64,000 nt of DNA from Heptranchias perlo (taxonomy: Eukaryota), in contig NC_090358.1 in NCBI RefSeq assembly GCF_035084215.1, forward strand, positions 23,436,001-23,500,000, written 5' to 3'. Shown piece after piece: positions 10,882-24,302 of the stretch. Within the stretch, counting starts at the first letter, position 1, and the number at the start of each line of letters is the position of its first letter. Below the pieces are notes generated by a model. It was given only the letters and a program-made list of their open reading frames with translations. It was not told the origin of the DNA and ran no database searches. Made by a program: the position numbers and the translations under genes.

Positions 10882-12689
10882 GTAGGAGACGCCCCGTGTT
10901 GCCAGTGCCACTCTGCCTGCCTTGTGTGCTGGGACAGCTTGGAAGGATAGTGAGACGCTCCTTTAATGGCACTGGACCCAGTCACGGTCGCCACAGGTTA
11001 TGTATATGAGTGGTGCTGGATAGCTGCGCCCTCCTCTGGGTCGTGCATAATTGCAGATGCCGACATCTACTTTGTGGATAGATTTTATTTTTCTTGCAAA
11101 TGACTTTTAATGTTTTTGCAAATTGGGACTGATGGTCGCACGAGTAATAATTCACGTGCATGCCCTGTGCTGCTGCTTTCTGGATCCATGTTTAATTACG
11201 CGCATTAATTAAATAAACATTGCCCAAACTGAGCGATTCCAGCATGTTAACCTCTGAGGCTGGTAACGAGCAGTCCTTAGCGACTGGGCCTTTCTCCCGG
11301 GGGTTTCATCTGCGCCTCGGGGCTGATCTTTGAGCTCGTGTCCCATTACATGAAAATGCCCCGGTTCCATTCGGAATTCCTCTGATGTGTGTGTACTGGA
11401 GGCAATATTAAACCTCCAACTTTATTTCTTATGCTGTAGAGTGGTGATCCATGTGCTGTGAAATGTATTTTCAAGAATTATACGCTGGAATTCTTGAAGA
11501 TAAATGTTTGTATACATGTCTGTGGTATTTAGTAATATTGAGGTTCAGTGTTGGTTAAGAGGACCATTAATGGCAGGGAGAACACACGCATCTTGTGTGT
11601 TGATAAATCTGCTGTATTAAGATGGGCAAACGGTTGACTACGAATGTGGATTTTTTTTTTGTGTTGTGGTGATGATCTGTTCTGCTTCCTTGTTTCAACC
11701 CATGGCGTGCAAGCGTCAAAAAAAAAAGCAACACTCAACTTAAAAGAGCTGTAAACAGGTTGACACATAAATCTTAAGCATGCAGGACGGGGTCCAAACG
11801 GTGAAGAGTAGGCACTGCTTTTTATTGTTGTTTGAATGAGGCTGATCCGTCAATTCGTTGCAATTCAAAATCAGGAAATTGCCAGTAAATAGTCTACAGT
11901 GATGAACTGTGTCGTTTTTGCCGTTATATTTTGATAGCTTCGACATCAATATTCAAAACATTTTAATTTTGATTTAGTCGATGCACGACTAGCTACCTAG
12001 ATTTATGTAACATTCCCAGCAGCTTAATGGAAGTATTGAGTTAAGAAAATAAACCGTGGAGTGGGTAGAGGATTTGTTTTTGAAACAAAAATAATTTCAG
12101 AGGAGGATAATAAAATCAATATAATTCATAAAACATCCTCACCACTGTCAATTGCTGGAGTAAGTGCCAATGTACTTTGGTGGCTGTAGCATGAGTGCTC
12201 TATTTTCCATAATTTACTATTATATTTTGCTTTTATAGAGAAATCTCCCTCTATGTTCCTTTACAAAGACTACCTTTTTATTTAAAAATATGATTTGTTT
12301 GTACTAACCTTTTTGTGAACAGAGATTGGATGGATGGTTGGCAGTTTGACATACTGGTACTTCAGTTCATGCAAGTCCAGTGAGATATTAGGGTTTTAGT
12401 TTGTGTGCCTGAAGTCTGCTGTTAATAGTCCACGTGCTATAAAGAGCAGGCAGGAGAGGGGGAAAAAGTTAGGAGAAAGATAGAGGCAAGAAAGCGTGAA
12501 ATGAGAAAAGCTATCCAGCCCATTCCTTCCATAGACTCTGCCCTGTCATGTTAAACTCCTGTGGCAAAGTCCAGCACAAGTGCTACTTTATCCCCAACAG
12601 TAATTGAGCAAAACTACAGAATATTAATTCACCCTCACATTTCCACAATAACCCTAGTTCGATGCCCTCTAGAATGCTCCCTACTCTAT

Positions 12690-13123
12690 GGAAGTGTTCA
12701 GTATGGTAATCATCTAATCTACATTTGGTCTTCCTGATGTAAAGGAGACCGCATTGTGAGCAGCGAATACAATATACAAGATTGGAAGAAGTACAAGTCA
12801 ATTGCTGTCTCACCCGGAAGGAGTGTTTGGGGCCTGGACAATGTAAGAATAAGTTCAGCCAGGCGGTGGAGAGTGATGGTGGATGGAGACTGATTGGACC
12901 GCTGTTGAAGGAAGAAGCGGAGGGCCCGCAGGTTGTCCTGGTGGGGGATGGCGGTGTAGAGGGACTGTACGTCCATAGTGAAAAGGAGACGGTTGGTTAA
13001 AGTGGCGGCGGGCGGCAGAAGAGAATGTAGGTGGGTATGGACGGGATTTGGGAGGAAAAAAATGAAGTAAAGATAAGAAGTAAATTCTAGGGGCAGGAGC
13101 CGGCTGAATTAATGGGTCTACCA
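12690..13123 (-). mobile_element. Penelope-like element, 3' part (RT fragment + GIY-YIG endonuclease), pseudogenised
   Basis: MDVQSLYTAIPHQD..LRFFL..LHRLAELILTL (PLE RT) and TCTSSNLVYCIRCSQCGLLYI (GIY-YIG). Confidence 0.85.
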
Positions 13124-14672
13124 ACAAAGGCTATGGGCCCCGACAACATCCCGGCTGTAGTGCTGAAGGCTTGTGCTCCAGAACTAGCCGCGCCTCTGGC
13201 CAAACTGTTCCAATACGGCAACAACACTGGCATCTACCTGAAAAAGTGGAAAATTTATCAGGTATGTTCTGTCCACAAAAAGCAGGACAAATCCAATCCA
13301 GCCAATTATCGCCCCATCAGTCTACTCTCAATCATCAACAAAGTGATGGAAGGTGTCGTCGACAGTGTTATTAAGCAGCACTTACTCACCAATAACCTGC
13401 TCACTGATGCTCAGTTTGGGTTCCGCCAGAACCACTCGGCTCCAGATCTCATTACAGCCTTGACCCAAACATGGACAAAAGAGCTGAATTCCAGAGGTGA
13501 GGTGAGAGTGACTGCCCTTGACACCAAGGCAGCATTTGACTGAGTGTGGCACCAAGGAGCCCTAGTAAAATTGAAGTCAGTGGGAATCAGGGGGAAAACT
13601 CTCCAGTGGCTGGAGTCATACCTAGCACAAAGGAAGATGGTAGTGGTTGTTGGAGGCCAATCATCTCAGCCCCAGGACATTGCTGCAGGAGTTCCTCAGG
13701 GCAGTGTCCTAGGCCCAACCATCTTCAGCTGCTTCATCAATGACCTTCCCTCCATCATAAGGGCAGAAATGTTTGCTGATGATTGCAGAGTGTTCAGTTC
13801 CATTCACAACCCCTCAGATAACGAAGCAGTCCGTGCCCGCATGCAGCAAGACCTGGACAACATCCAGGCTTGGGCTGATAAGTGGCAAGTAACATCCGCG
13901 CCAGACAAGTGCCAGGCAATGACCATCTCCAATGTCTAACCACCTCCCCTTGACATTCAATGGCATTACCATCGCCAAATCCCCCCAACATCAACTTCCT
14001 GGGGGTCACCATTGACCAGAAACTTAACTGGACCAGCCACATAAATACTGTGGCTAAAAGAGCAGGTCAGGGGCTGGGTATTCTGTGGTGAGTGACTCAC
14101 CTCCTGACTTCCCCAAAGCCATTCCACCATCTACAAGGCACAAGTCATGAATGTGATAGAATACTCTCCACTTGCCTGGATGAGTGCAACTCCAACAACA
14201 CTCAAGAAGCTCAACACCATCCAGTACAAAGCAGCCTGCTTGTTTGGTACTCCATCCACCACCCTAATCATTCACTCCCTTCACCACTGGCGCACCGTGG
14301 CTACAGTGTGTACCATCCACAGGATGCACTGCAGCAACTCGCCAAGGCTTCTTCGACAGCACCTTCCAAACCTGCGACCTCCACCACCTAGAAGGACAAG
14401 AGCAGCAGGCACATGGGAACAACACCACCTGCATGTTCCCCTCCAAGTCACACACCATCCCAATTTGGAAATATATCGCTGTTCTTTCATCGTCGCTGAG
14501 TCAAAATCCTGGAACTCCCCACCTAACAGCACTGTGGGAGAACCTTCACCACACGGACTGCAGTGGTTCAAGGCGGCGGCTCACCATCACCTTCTCGAGG
14601 GCAATTAGGAATGGGCAATAAATGCTGGCCTTGCCAGTGATGCCCACATCCCATGAACGAATAATAAAAAAA
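13124..14672 (+). mobile_element. CR1-group LINE family B, 5'-truncated, inserted into the Penelope element
   Basis: KAMGPDNIP..NYRPISLLS..QFGFR..KAAFD / [17 protein letters not shown] motifs, one in-frame stop at ~13541, A-rich tail, 5-bp TSD TACCA (13119-13123 / 14673-14677). Confidence 0.93.
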
Positions 14673-15180
14673 TACCAGGGCAGTCCTGTTTGTGGATCTT
14701 GGAGAGGAGGTAGAAACGGGATGTGCAGGGTTGGGGGACTATGAAGGTGGAGGCCGTTGGGGTAAGATCTCCAGAGGAGATGAGGTCAGTGACAGTCTGG
14801 GAAATTATGGCTTGGTGTTTAGTAGTGGAGTCCTGGTCCAGAGGAGGTAGGAGGAGTTGCTAGAGAGCTGATGTTCAGCATCTACGACGTAGAGGTCCTC
14901 CCGCTATACAACAACTGTGCCTTCCCTTGTCAGCAGGTTTAATAATGATGTCAGGATTAGAGGAGAGAATGGAATGCTGTAAGTTCAGAGGGAGATAGAT
15001 ATGAGTGAGTGAGGGGAGGGGAGTGGAGAAACTGCCACCTCCGATGTCACGTTGGCATTCTCTATGAAAAGATTGAGAGGATAGAGTCCACAGGGAGGGG
15101 TCCAGGTGGAACAAGATAGCTGAAGACACGAGAAAGGGGGAAGTCTCCTGGCCAAAAAAGTGGGCATGGAGGCAAAGGCA
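14673..15180 (-). mobile_element. Penelope-like element, upstream part of RT (continuation across the LINE insertion)
   Basis: LSSNPDIIIKPADKG motif in ORF 14875-15189; reverse strand at ~14675-14720 encodes FYLLSKIHKQDCPG. Confidence 0.8.
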
Positions 15181-15219
15181 GCAGAACAAGAGCTCAGCAT
15201 CACATCGAGCTCAAAATTC

Positions 15220-15480
15220 AATGTGCTTGTTCTTCTTCCAATCCAGTATACTGTATTCCCTGCTCATGATGTGGCCTCTTCAACATCAAACGCAAATTGG
15301 ATGTCTGCTTTGCTGAATACCTCTGTCCCGTCAGCAAGCGCAACCCTTGAGCTTCTGCTTGTAATTTGCAGTGAAAGGCTGTAGATTCTATTGATTACAT
15401 TTCCCCTGTTTGTCAGATCTCCTTGTGCCACCCATCATTCCCACATTGAGGGGTTATCTGCTGCCCCAGCCTCTCTCAAC
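15220..15480 (+). mobile_element. Inverted, degraded Penelope GIY-YIG fragment
   Basis: TGTTCTTCTTCCAATCCAGTATACTGTATTCCCTGCTCATGATGTGGCCTC reads CSSSNPVYCIPCS*CGL, paralogous to 12740-12800 on the opposite strand. Confidence 0.65.
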
Positions 15481-18400
15481 TCTGTTCTAAAGCCAGCCTT
15501 TGGGATGCGTGTGACAGCTGTCTGGAGTAACTCGCACTCAGGTTTATTCCAACCTGTTTCTGGAAGAAGCACATAATCAGCTGCCTCCTGATAGCACAGC
15601 AACAGGAATGTATCATTTTGAATGTATCAGTGGGGGCAATCTGCACGCTCCTACAATGATGAAGAAACTAAGGAAGAGATATCATTTAACGGCAACAAAA
15701 GTCTACTCATTCTCTCCTTTAGAACCAGCTATTTTTAGGTAGATAAGCTAACCATTGTTTCTTTAAAAAATAATTTTTCTGGTCAAAATTCCAGGTCTTT
15801 TGGCTTTACATCAACCATACAATCTTTACAAGTACTTTTCAAAATTAAACATTAAAATCATTCCTTGATATTTTTGCCAACTACCACGATATACTCTTCA
15901 TTTTCTTTTACTGTTGCCCAGATATAAATGTTTGTAGCATGTTACTCATGCAATAAAAAATGTTAAATAGGATTAGAGCCAGAAGATGTTGAAGTCCTCT
16001 GGGAATCCTAGACTATGGATTTATTAATCATTTCTGCATTATTTTGGCACTGAAGTTGAATTGAAAATTTAGGACTTAGTACAGTAAATCATAGGCAATG
16101 ATTAAGATGCAGCAGCCAGCCCCTGTTAGAGCCCATACTGCCAAAGTGTCCTGTATGTAAATTAAACAAACTTAATATACCAGTCAAATGGAAAAGTACT
16201 CCAGATGTCAATCCAATGTTATAAATTAATTGAAACTCTCCTTCAGTTCAAGATTAATAACAAACAACCAAAGCAAAAAGTGTAATTGTTTCACCATGTG
16301 CACTGTTATTAGTAAAAACTCAGCACCTTCAGGCACTTGCCTATACTCTTGTTTTGGGTTACCATGGAAGTTGACTGTAATTACACTGGCTTTGTGCTAG
16401 GGAGGAAGTCTGAGCTGGGAAACGGTGCTTGCTATCCAGCTTCTGCTAAGTTGGCACCTCTGTACAGCAATGGGATAAAGTAAGATAGAAGTGAGGCCTT
16501 GATCTTGATCCCTGTCCAGCCACGAGCCATTCTGGGCAACTGATGACAAGCCTGAGCAAGGCAATCAGGTGACATGTCAGGCCTGCATTGCACTCAATTA
16601 TTATTGAGGTGTTTTTCTGTGTTAAAGATGCTATATAAATGCAAGTAGTTGTTGCTACTTCCTGGCTTCCCCTGTGCAGCAAATGACTTATGGAATCTTC
16701 CCAAATTATAGCTCAGTGATATTTTTACAATGTATCCTAGTTTGTTTGTGCATTTCCATTACAAATTATTGGAGTACACACGCTGAGATTAAAGCTATCT
16801 TGCTCGGGTCAATATCCATTTCTCTGCATGCACCTGCTTCCATTCCCTTACATTTAATTTTACTGGCTTTTTCTGAAATCAGTATCTTATTCTCAAAAAA
16901 ACACTAAATCATTCGCTTCACACAACCTTTCAAGGATTCTGTTGCAACTATCTATTAGCTCAGTATTTTCTTCAGGTTATTGCTATTGCATTAGAGGATA
17001 AACTACTAAAAAATCTAAAACTTTCATACAAACAATTTGTGTTCTGACTTGTGCATCCTTTTATATAATGTTGTAAATAGTTCACAATTCAGAAAATCAG
17101 AACATTGCTAAAACACTTGTACATTCGTTCTAAGCAACCTGGCACTGATAGTCATTTCAGTGATAATATACAGCAATCAGTAAACATCTGCCTGACTTTG
17201 TCTTTTTACGGTTTCCTTTTCTTAATCTCTTCTATCAATATTCACCTTCCAGCCCAAGATATTGTGTTGTGTTCTGCCTCTATAATGCTCAACATTCTCC
17301 TGATAGATACACTGAGCTACCTGCCACCTTCTGAGTTCGATATAAAAATCTACAACCCTGCATAAAAATGACATTCGTCGCAAAATTTCAGAATAACTTC
17401 GTTTTGGAAATGTTTGTGAAGGGATTTTTCTCGTAACCAAGTATTTGACTTTTTTCAGCTGTTCAGTCTCCAAAACAACTTTGTCTGTGACATTACTCAT
17501 GCTACCGATGGAAAATCTCTGATAGATTTGTAAGATTGTTTCAAAACCATGTGATAGGCACTGAAGCCCAGTGCCCGAAAATAACATATATGTGTGCAAA
17601 TTATCACCGAGCAGTCTGGTCCATGTAGCACATCCTGGAATTCTGTTTTCACTTCCCCACCCCACCCCCTCCCCCAACCTTCAACTTCCAGATAATGACA
17701 AACACAAAACATTCTCACTTCAGTTCTTGTGATATATCCTCTGCGAGTGGAACCAACTCTATCACAACTCTGTTCTATCGCGGTGAAAAGTGGCCCAGAC
17801 TTGTGGCAGGGCTGCTTGTAAACCACCACTAAGATACATGCAAGAGGAGTTGGATGTGACTTTTTAGCTAAAGTTCCCTGCCACCCATCCCTCAGCTCCT
17901 TTTGCCTTTTCTTAATATTCGGACCGGGTGAAGCTCACAGTGTGGAGAATTGAGGACATAAATCTCCATCTTAGCACTCAGTATATTGACTTACTACACC
18001 ACAATATTGAAGTAGTTGCTGCTGTCTGTTGTTGTTATGCAGGGAGTTTATCGGGTATATCTTATACGTAGGACGAGTGATTTTCATGATGATGTCACAC
18101 ATGCTGCAGCAAAGACTTATTTTTGGAAAAAAGAAAAGTGTCTGTATTGGTGAATGCAGTGTGCACATTGGTATGTACAATATAACATCTGCAAGTGAGT
18201 TACAAGGTTTGTAATCTAATCAGGCACTTCAGATGACACCATAAGCCGTTAAAGAAAAGCACAAGCTGTTCAAAACATCATTTCAACCCTGAGATAAATT
18301 ACAGCCTTGAATTCATGTTCTGTGTTATTTTGTATAATAATGTATATTATGCTTTTTAAGCTAAAATTCAAGATACAGTTTGTTAAATGCAGCTGATTTG

Positions 18401-19419
18401 CACTGCGAGAGATCTCCAGTCTCTCCAAATACTTTAATGTGATATTTATGGACAGCACTTAACATTGAAATGCCGCTGCTCCAGGGTTACTAGAGAAGTG
18501 GATTATTTCCTACATTACAACAGTGACTACACTTCAAAAGTACTTCATTGGCTTATAGCACTTTGGGATGCCATGAGGTTGTGAAAAACGCTATACATAT
18601 ATGGCTCTTTCTTTAATAAAATAAAACAATATGATCCCAGCTAGTATCACATGCTGTGTTTAAATGTTGTTTGCCCATAAATAATGAAGCAGAGAATTAG
18701 AATTTTTGCACGCCTTCAGTGCAGATGCAAGAAACTAATGCTTGGCCTCTGAATAAGAGGCCACAAGATACTGCAAGCACCTGCCTTTGCAGTTCCTTGT
18801 CCACCACTCAGCTGCTACAGTCTGTATGTATAAGTAGGGTGTCCATGGAACAAATCTTATCACAGCCCATGAAGTATTTTAGAACTATAGTCATTGTTGT
18901 TTTGTAGGAAAATATAATCACTTAACAGTAATTAGATGTTGTGACCTTAAAGAAACACCAACTTCACCTTTGCAACAGAATAATACATCCTGCATTATAA
19001 ACTACAAAATGGTCCTCATAAAAAAGCATCACCTCCATCCAGTCTATCATTGGAATTTCCATGGGAGATCTGGTAATAATTAATATAATAAAACATTACA
19101 TGTAGTGCACACTTTTGTCACACTTCTCCTGTCACACTTCTCATGTCACACATCTGTCTGATTTAATCATAGGGAAAATTTCTCGCAAATAATTAGCGCA
19201 TATGCAGATTTCTTCATTTTCATATCACTCAGCAAGACATTGCAATACTACTAGAAATCATACATGTGTTTCTAATTATATCTTTATGCCATTATTATTT
19301 AACTTTAGTCCTTCTCTGTCCTGGCATCCAATCCTTCAACACTTTTCCTGACTCCCTTCCTGCTCTAGGCCTGTGATCTCACCACAGATCCCCTGCTCAT
19401 TCAATGCATATTGTTCTTC

Positions 19420-19570
19420 CTCTTGCAAAAGAAAAAGGCTGCGTTTAACAGAAGGCGCTATGGTCAAACAGGCAACAGGACACTGCAAGACAAACCTCTC
19501 AAGTCTTTAAAGGAGGCCATAATGGAGGTCATTGGTGGGAAGCATTGACGGCATGGATGATACTCAAGCT
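19420..19570 (+). pseudogene. Remnant of Harbinger Myb/SANT gene exon 2
   Basis: EKAAFNRRRYGQTGNRTLQDKPLKSLKEAIMEVIG after a pyrimidine tract resembles exon 2 of the other copies (ENRAQNARERARTGGG..EALEI). Confidence 0.45.
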
Positions 19571-19949
19571 GGAGGAAACACGTTTCTGGTTTGTATAATT
19601 ACAATCACGTACCCTATCTGTGCAAATGTGCAGGTGTAAAGCGGCACATGTGATGTCCCATAAATTGTCCCTTGTATTGTCTGTGTATGAACAAAATGAG
19701 TAACTATACACATGTATTTAACATGTATCCTTATCTTCTTGTTACAGATATGCCATGCCCCCAAAGCAGCAAGCCAGTTCCCGAATAACAAGTCTCACCC
19801 CAACATTCAGCCTCGTCAGTACTTGAAGCAGGCACCAGCAACAGATACACACACACAATGGAGAGTTTAACTGATTGATTTAGAAGATGAAGCACAGGCT
19901 GAGTTACTTATCACAGATGTGGATTAGGCAGAAGTGGGCAGAAGATGAG

Positions 19950-20420
19950 CTAGTTGCTGATGAAAGGAGTTGTCCCTCTTTCCAACAAAACTTTCCTGAG
20001 CCAACTCTTCAGTAAAGCGAGGAACCCTTGATTCCCTTAAGTTATGGGTGTCATGAGTATTGCATGGAAGTTGTGTGTTGACATGCAGAATTCTTTGGTG
20101 TTGGTTGCATATTATTTGGATGTTCATGGAGTGATCAGTTTGTGCTAATGAAAGCCATGGGATGCGGTAGAGATGCTTGGATGAGTGTGGTCGATGGTGA
20201 CCTATACCTGGGTATGTTGCATCTTTCAAAATATCCTGTGTGCTTTTCTTTCTGTTGTGGCATCTGCTGCTGTACTTAAGGTATTTACGAGCAGTGGTCA
20301 ACAGCAAACCGGCTGATCCTTGCCAAGGTTCCAGCCGTTACCAAGAGGATCCTGTGGCAAAGAAGTTGAGTACTGTTATCACTTTTATTGCTATTGGCAG
20401 CACAATAGCTGTTCCTTGGC
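19950..20420 (-). pseudogene. Degraded PIF/Harbinger (HARBI1-like) DDE transposase
   Basis: VLPIAIKVITVLNFFATGS (~20345-20402) and HSMNIQIICNQHQRILHVNTQLPCNTHDTHNLRESRVP match Harbinger transposase motifs (LPVAVKVTxALNFF; HSxNVQLVC...PGSxHD). Confidence 0.75.
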
Positions 20421-20981
20421 TACAGGTCTGGTTCTAGGATATGGCACAGTTATTCTGTGATTTTCTTGGTGAGGTGTAGGCTCCTCACATAGTAGTCTTT
20501 GGGAGGCTGAGATAACTCCGTTGTCCGTAGCAGACACGATGCCTGGGGCAAGAGCAGGTGTTGGTGGTCCTCTTCCTATGACCTCAGGTGACTTCCACTG
20601 CCGCTGCTCCACCTCTTGCTCCTCCTTTGCAGCAAAGCAAAGACTTGCTGATGTACCCATGATGCCGTGGACTGAAATGGTTCAGTCATTACTGACAATA
20701 TTTCCTGCTCTTTTCCGTACTGGACTTCCTTCTGCTGCATTAATGCCATCTTTGTGTGTCAGACAGGATTACCTCCCAGAGGAATTTAGGAGTGTGTGCA
20801 AAAATTACTGAACTCTCTGTTACTGCTGTTGCATAAAATCACTACAGTGCATGTGTTAACCCCAACACAGAGGATTTCAACTCCCAGTGATGATGTGTTG
20901 TACATATTTCACTGTTCAACTTAATTTGTTACATACTTCGATTTCTTCCCAGAACAAAACGCAGGGTTCATTGTGTGTCCT

Positions 20982-21150
20982 GGGGATAATTTTAACCTAA
21001 CCCACCCGGTGGGAAACTGACAAGGTTGAATTGGCTGCTCGTTTTACACCCTGCTCAATTTAAGTTTCTATTGACTTGAATGGAAAATAAAATTGGGTGA
21101 GGTGTAAAATGGACATCAGTTTCCCAGCAGCGAGAGGGTCCTGACTAGAC
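20982..21150. mobile_element. Palindromic MITE remnant, related to 31158-31344
   Basis: ATTTTAACCTAACCC terminus and internal GTTTTACACC..CATTGA..GGTGTAAAA hairpin arrangement. Confidence 0.55.
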
Positions 21151-21721
21151 CTGGGCCCTGCATTGGGGTGCCCAACAAGTATTGGTCCTGGAAAATGAGG
21201 CAGGTGGCTGGGAATGGCTCCTCCCACCTCATCTGCATAGCTTCAATGGGCCTGCGCTTACTGCAAGTCCAAAAAAAAATCCTGGGGCTATGTAAATAGG
21301 CAGAGACCCAGCAAACTACCACTTTTTCCTGATCTTCATGTCTGAGGTGTCATTCCAGGAAAATTAGCAGTAGTAACTTCATAAAATTTGCGTTTCACCT
21401 GAAACACTTTGCACTTTAAGACAGTGCAGTGGAATGACACTGAGGATCCCTTGCAGGCAGTCCACACTGTGAGGCACTTTAATTACCCGGTTCATAGTAT
21501 TACATTTTTTTGAGTTCTTGAAAATAGTTTAAATGGTTAATTTGCTGGAATCCTAAATAAAATTAATTTTTAAAAAAAATCTTGTTTACGTTTTCCTCTA
21601 CAATTAATTTTAGACTGTTCTATTGGAATGATTGTGACAACAAAAGTGGTTAATTTTATGATGTATCTAAATCTTAGTAATTACAGCAACTAATTCATTG
21701 TTTGACTATTTTAAAAAGTAG

Positions 21722-22030
21722 ACATGAAATCATACAATTTTACAACACAGAAACAGACCATTCAAGTCTTTGGTGTTTTTCTCCTCATGACCAAAACATC
21801 CCACTGTCCCACTCTGCCCATACCCTTTAATTTTCCTTTATTTTCAAGCTAGTATCTAATTCCCTTTTAATACAATTCATGGACTCTGTTTCAACAATGA
21901 TTTGTGGCAGAGACATTCCAACCTCTGTAAATAATCATTCTTCTGAACTCCCCATTAATTCTCTTGTCACTATCTTGAATTTATGCCCTCTTATTACCGT
22001 CTCACCAACCAGTGGAATTGCTCTGTTTTT
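21722..22030 (-). mobile_element. Old CR1 3' end remnant
   Basis: ACAACACAGAAACAGACCATTC..CCATACCCTTTAA..GTATCTAATTCCCTTTT..GGCAGAGACATTCCA pattern of a CR1 3' terminus. Confidence 0.6.
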
Positions 22031-23874
22031 CTCCCTGTAAAGGGACCTACCTATAAACCCTGTCCAGAGCTACGGAATAAGTCATATTCCGTTTTTATTA
22101 CACAGGATTTTTACTGGAGTTTATAGAATGAAATTCCCTGATTCCGTCCATTTTTCTGTGGAGAAAAAAAAATATTCCCCAACAGAAGGTCTAGTCAGCT
22201 GGTCGCCAATGCTTCAAAAAAAATTGCAACAAAAAAGTCATGGGTACATTGTTTTGTTCATTTCAACTGAACTTTCTAATTCCACTTCACCAAGTACGGC
22301 ATGTCATATTCTATTAAAGTTAATCTCTACAAATATACAGATGTGATGCAAATTATTCTGACGTACAAAAAGAAGTTGACTTTTCCAGGAAATCAGAATT
22401 AAGATCTAAATGGTAAATTATTTTCTACACTGCACACATTAACATACATTAATGATGCAAACTTTGTTATATTTTGTATGGAATTTTTTTCTAATAAGTT
22501 TCAAAATGGCCAACCAATCACTCCATGGCAAATGATGTGGGATTACATTAATACCACACAGTCAATTCAATATATGGCTTACCTACATTTCATAACCTTG
22601 TGTCAAAGTGACTTCTAAATGTTTAATTTCTAATCCTCCCCAGTCAAGTATATTCAAACTTTAAAGGAGTGGTATTCTTCAACTGGCTCTTTATTAGGAT
22701 TGTATTACAAGTGATACCACTATCATTAATGCTTTGCCAATTCAAAACACATCATGTGTGTTATTTTGTGGTAAACAAGTGTAGATTATCGTTAAAACTC
22801 TCACTGATCAAATCCGACAGTGTAGAATGCCATCAAACTGTATGAAACGTGCTGACCATTGTTAACTGCCCAGATGCATGTCACTGTCAGAAAGTGAAGC
22901 AAAGCTGCTCATCACCTTACGAACATACGAAATTGACAGGCAGGAAAAGACCAGCTGGTCCATCAAGCCTGCCCCACACCATGATGGCCGGAGCCATCAT
23001 GACTAAACACTTCATACCCCGCCCCCACTCTGCCCTCGCAGCCATGTAATATCCTGGGAGAGGCAAAAAAAATCACAGTATATTTTTTTAAAGTAAAGCA
23101 ATTTCAAGTTGATAATGTCATCGTGTTTTAGTGGCAGGCTGTAAACCACAAGAATAAAGGTCAAGTGCTTTATCACCTCTTGCCACCAATCCCAGCTTTC
23201 CATTATCCTCAATGTAACTTTTTTTTGCCAGTTTTACCCCTCCTTTCCTGAAGGCGCTGACTCTGGCTGGGGTTTGGTTCCACGACACTGGCAGCTGTTC
23301 AGTACCCCGCCCAAATGGCCGTTCCTCATCGATGAGCTTGGAAAGTGAGCATCAGCTTTGGGTGCGTGACAGCCAAGCTCGGCCCTGTCCTCATTCAACA
23401 TCTACGCATACTCTTCCCAGCAGGAATTCCTACACAGCTATCGGGAGTAGAAAACCCCGGCTGATCAATTCCTCTCCAAGGGCTCAGAGTCCAATTGTAG
23501 CACCTCTGTTGCTGTCCCGTCTCAGACCAGCCAATGCAGAACTGGAACTTTCTGATCTATATGGGCTCAATATTGCAGCGGATACCCATTAGGACATCAG
23601 GGGAATGTAATATTTTTTAAACTGCCACATCTACCCCTGTCAAAGTTGCCATTTTAATATGGACAGACCAAGCTAATTGTTGATTTCCCTTCCACCTGCA
23701 AGCTGATCTAGAGCCTCTCTATTAGTCATGCCAGGTGTGACATTCACTGTTGCATCAGGGACCAGCTAGGTTAAAGGTATGATAGAAAGAACTCAAACAT
23801 AAATGCATGTAATTTACTTTTAATTACAAACTAATATACAGCAGAGCAGTGAGAGTACAGTGTACCTTAGAAGA

Positions 23875-24302
23875 AAGAACATGCATATATATAGTGTCTT
23901 TCAGGTCCTCATAATGTGCTCAAGTGCTTCACAGCCAATGAATTACTCTGGAAGTGCAATCACTGTTGTTCTCCAGATAAACGGCAGGCAATTTATGCAC
24001 AGCAAACAGCAATGAGATAAATGACCAGTTATTCCATTTTCATTTGTGTTGGTTGAGGGATAAATGTTGCCCAGGACACCAGAACTCCCCCCCCCCCCCC
24101 CCCCCCCCCCATCATTTTTCAATAATGCCAAGGAATCTTTTGAATAGGCAACTGGGGCCTATATTTACTGTCTCATTGAAGGACAGTACCTCCAACAATG
24201 CAGAACTAGTCTGGATTATGTTCTCAGGTCCCTGGAATGGGGCTTGAACCCACAACCTCTTAATCAGAGATGAGAGTGCTACTACTGAGCCAAGCTGACA
24301 CT
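23875..24302 (-). mobile_element. DeuSINE-like SINE with internal poly-C run (~24086-24110)
   Basis: Same family; the head ends ACTGAGCCAAGCTGACAC and abuts the CR1 tail. Confidence 0.8.

Noticed and set aside
11008-11032. Possible REST/RE1 site (GGTGCTGGATAGCTGCGCC)
   Set aside because: The half-sites overlap in a non-canonical orientation; not supportable.
19113-19152. Three tandem TGTCACAC(TTCTC) units, CRISPR-like at a glance
   Set aside because: Simple ~14-bp tandem repeat with no spacers, in eukaryotic context.
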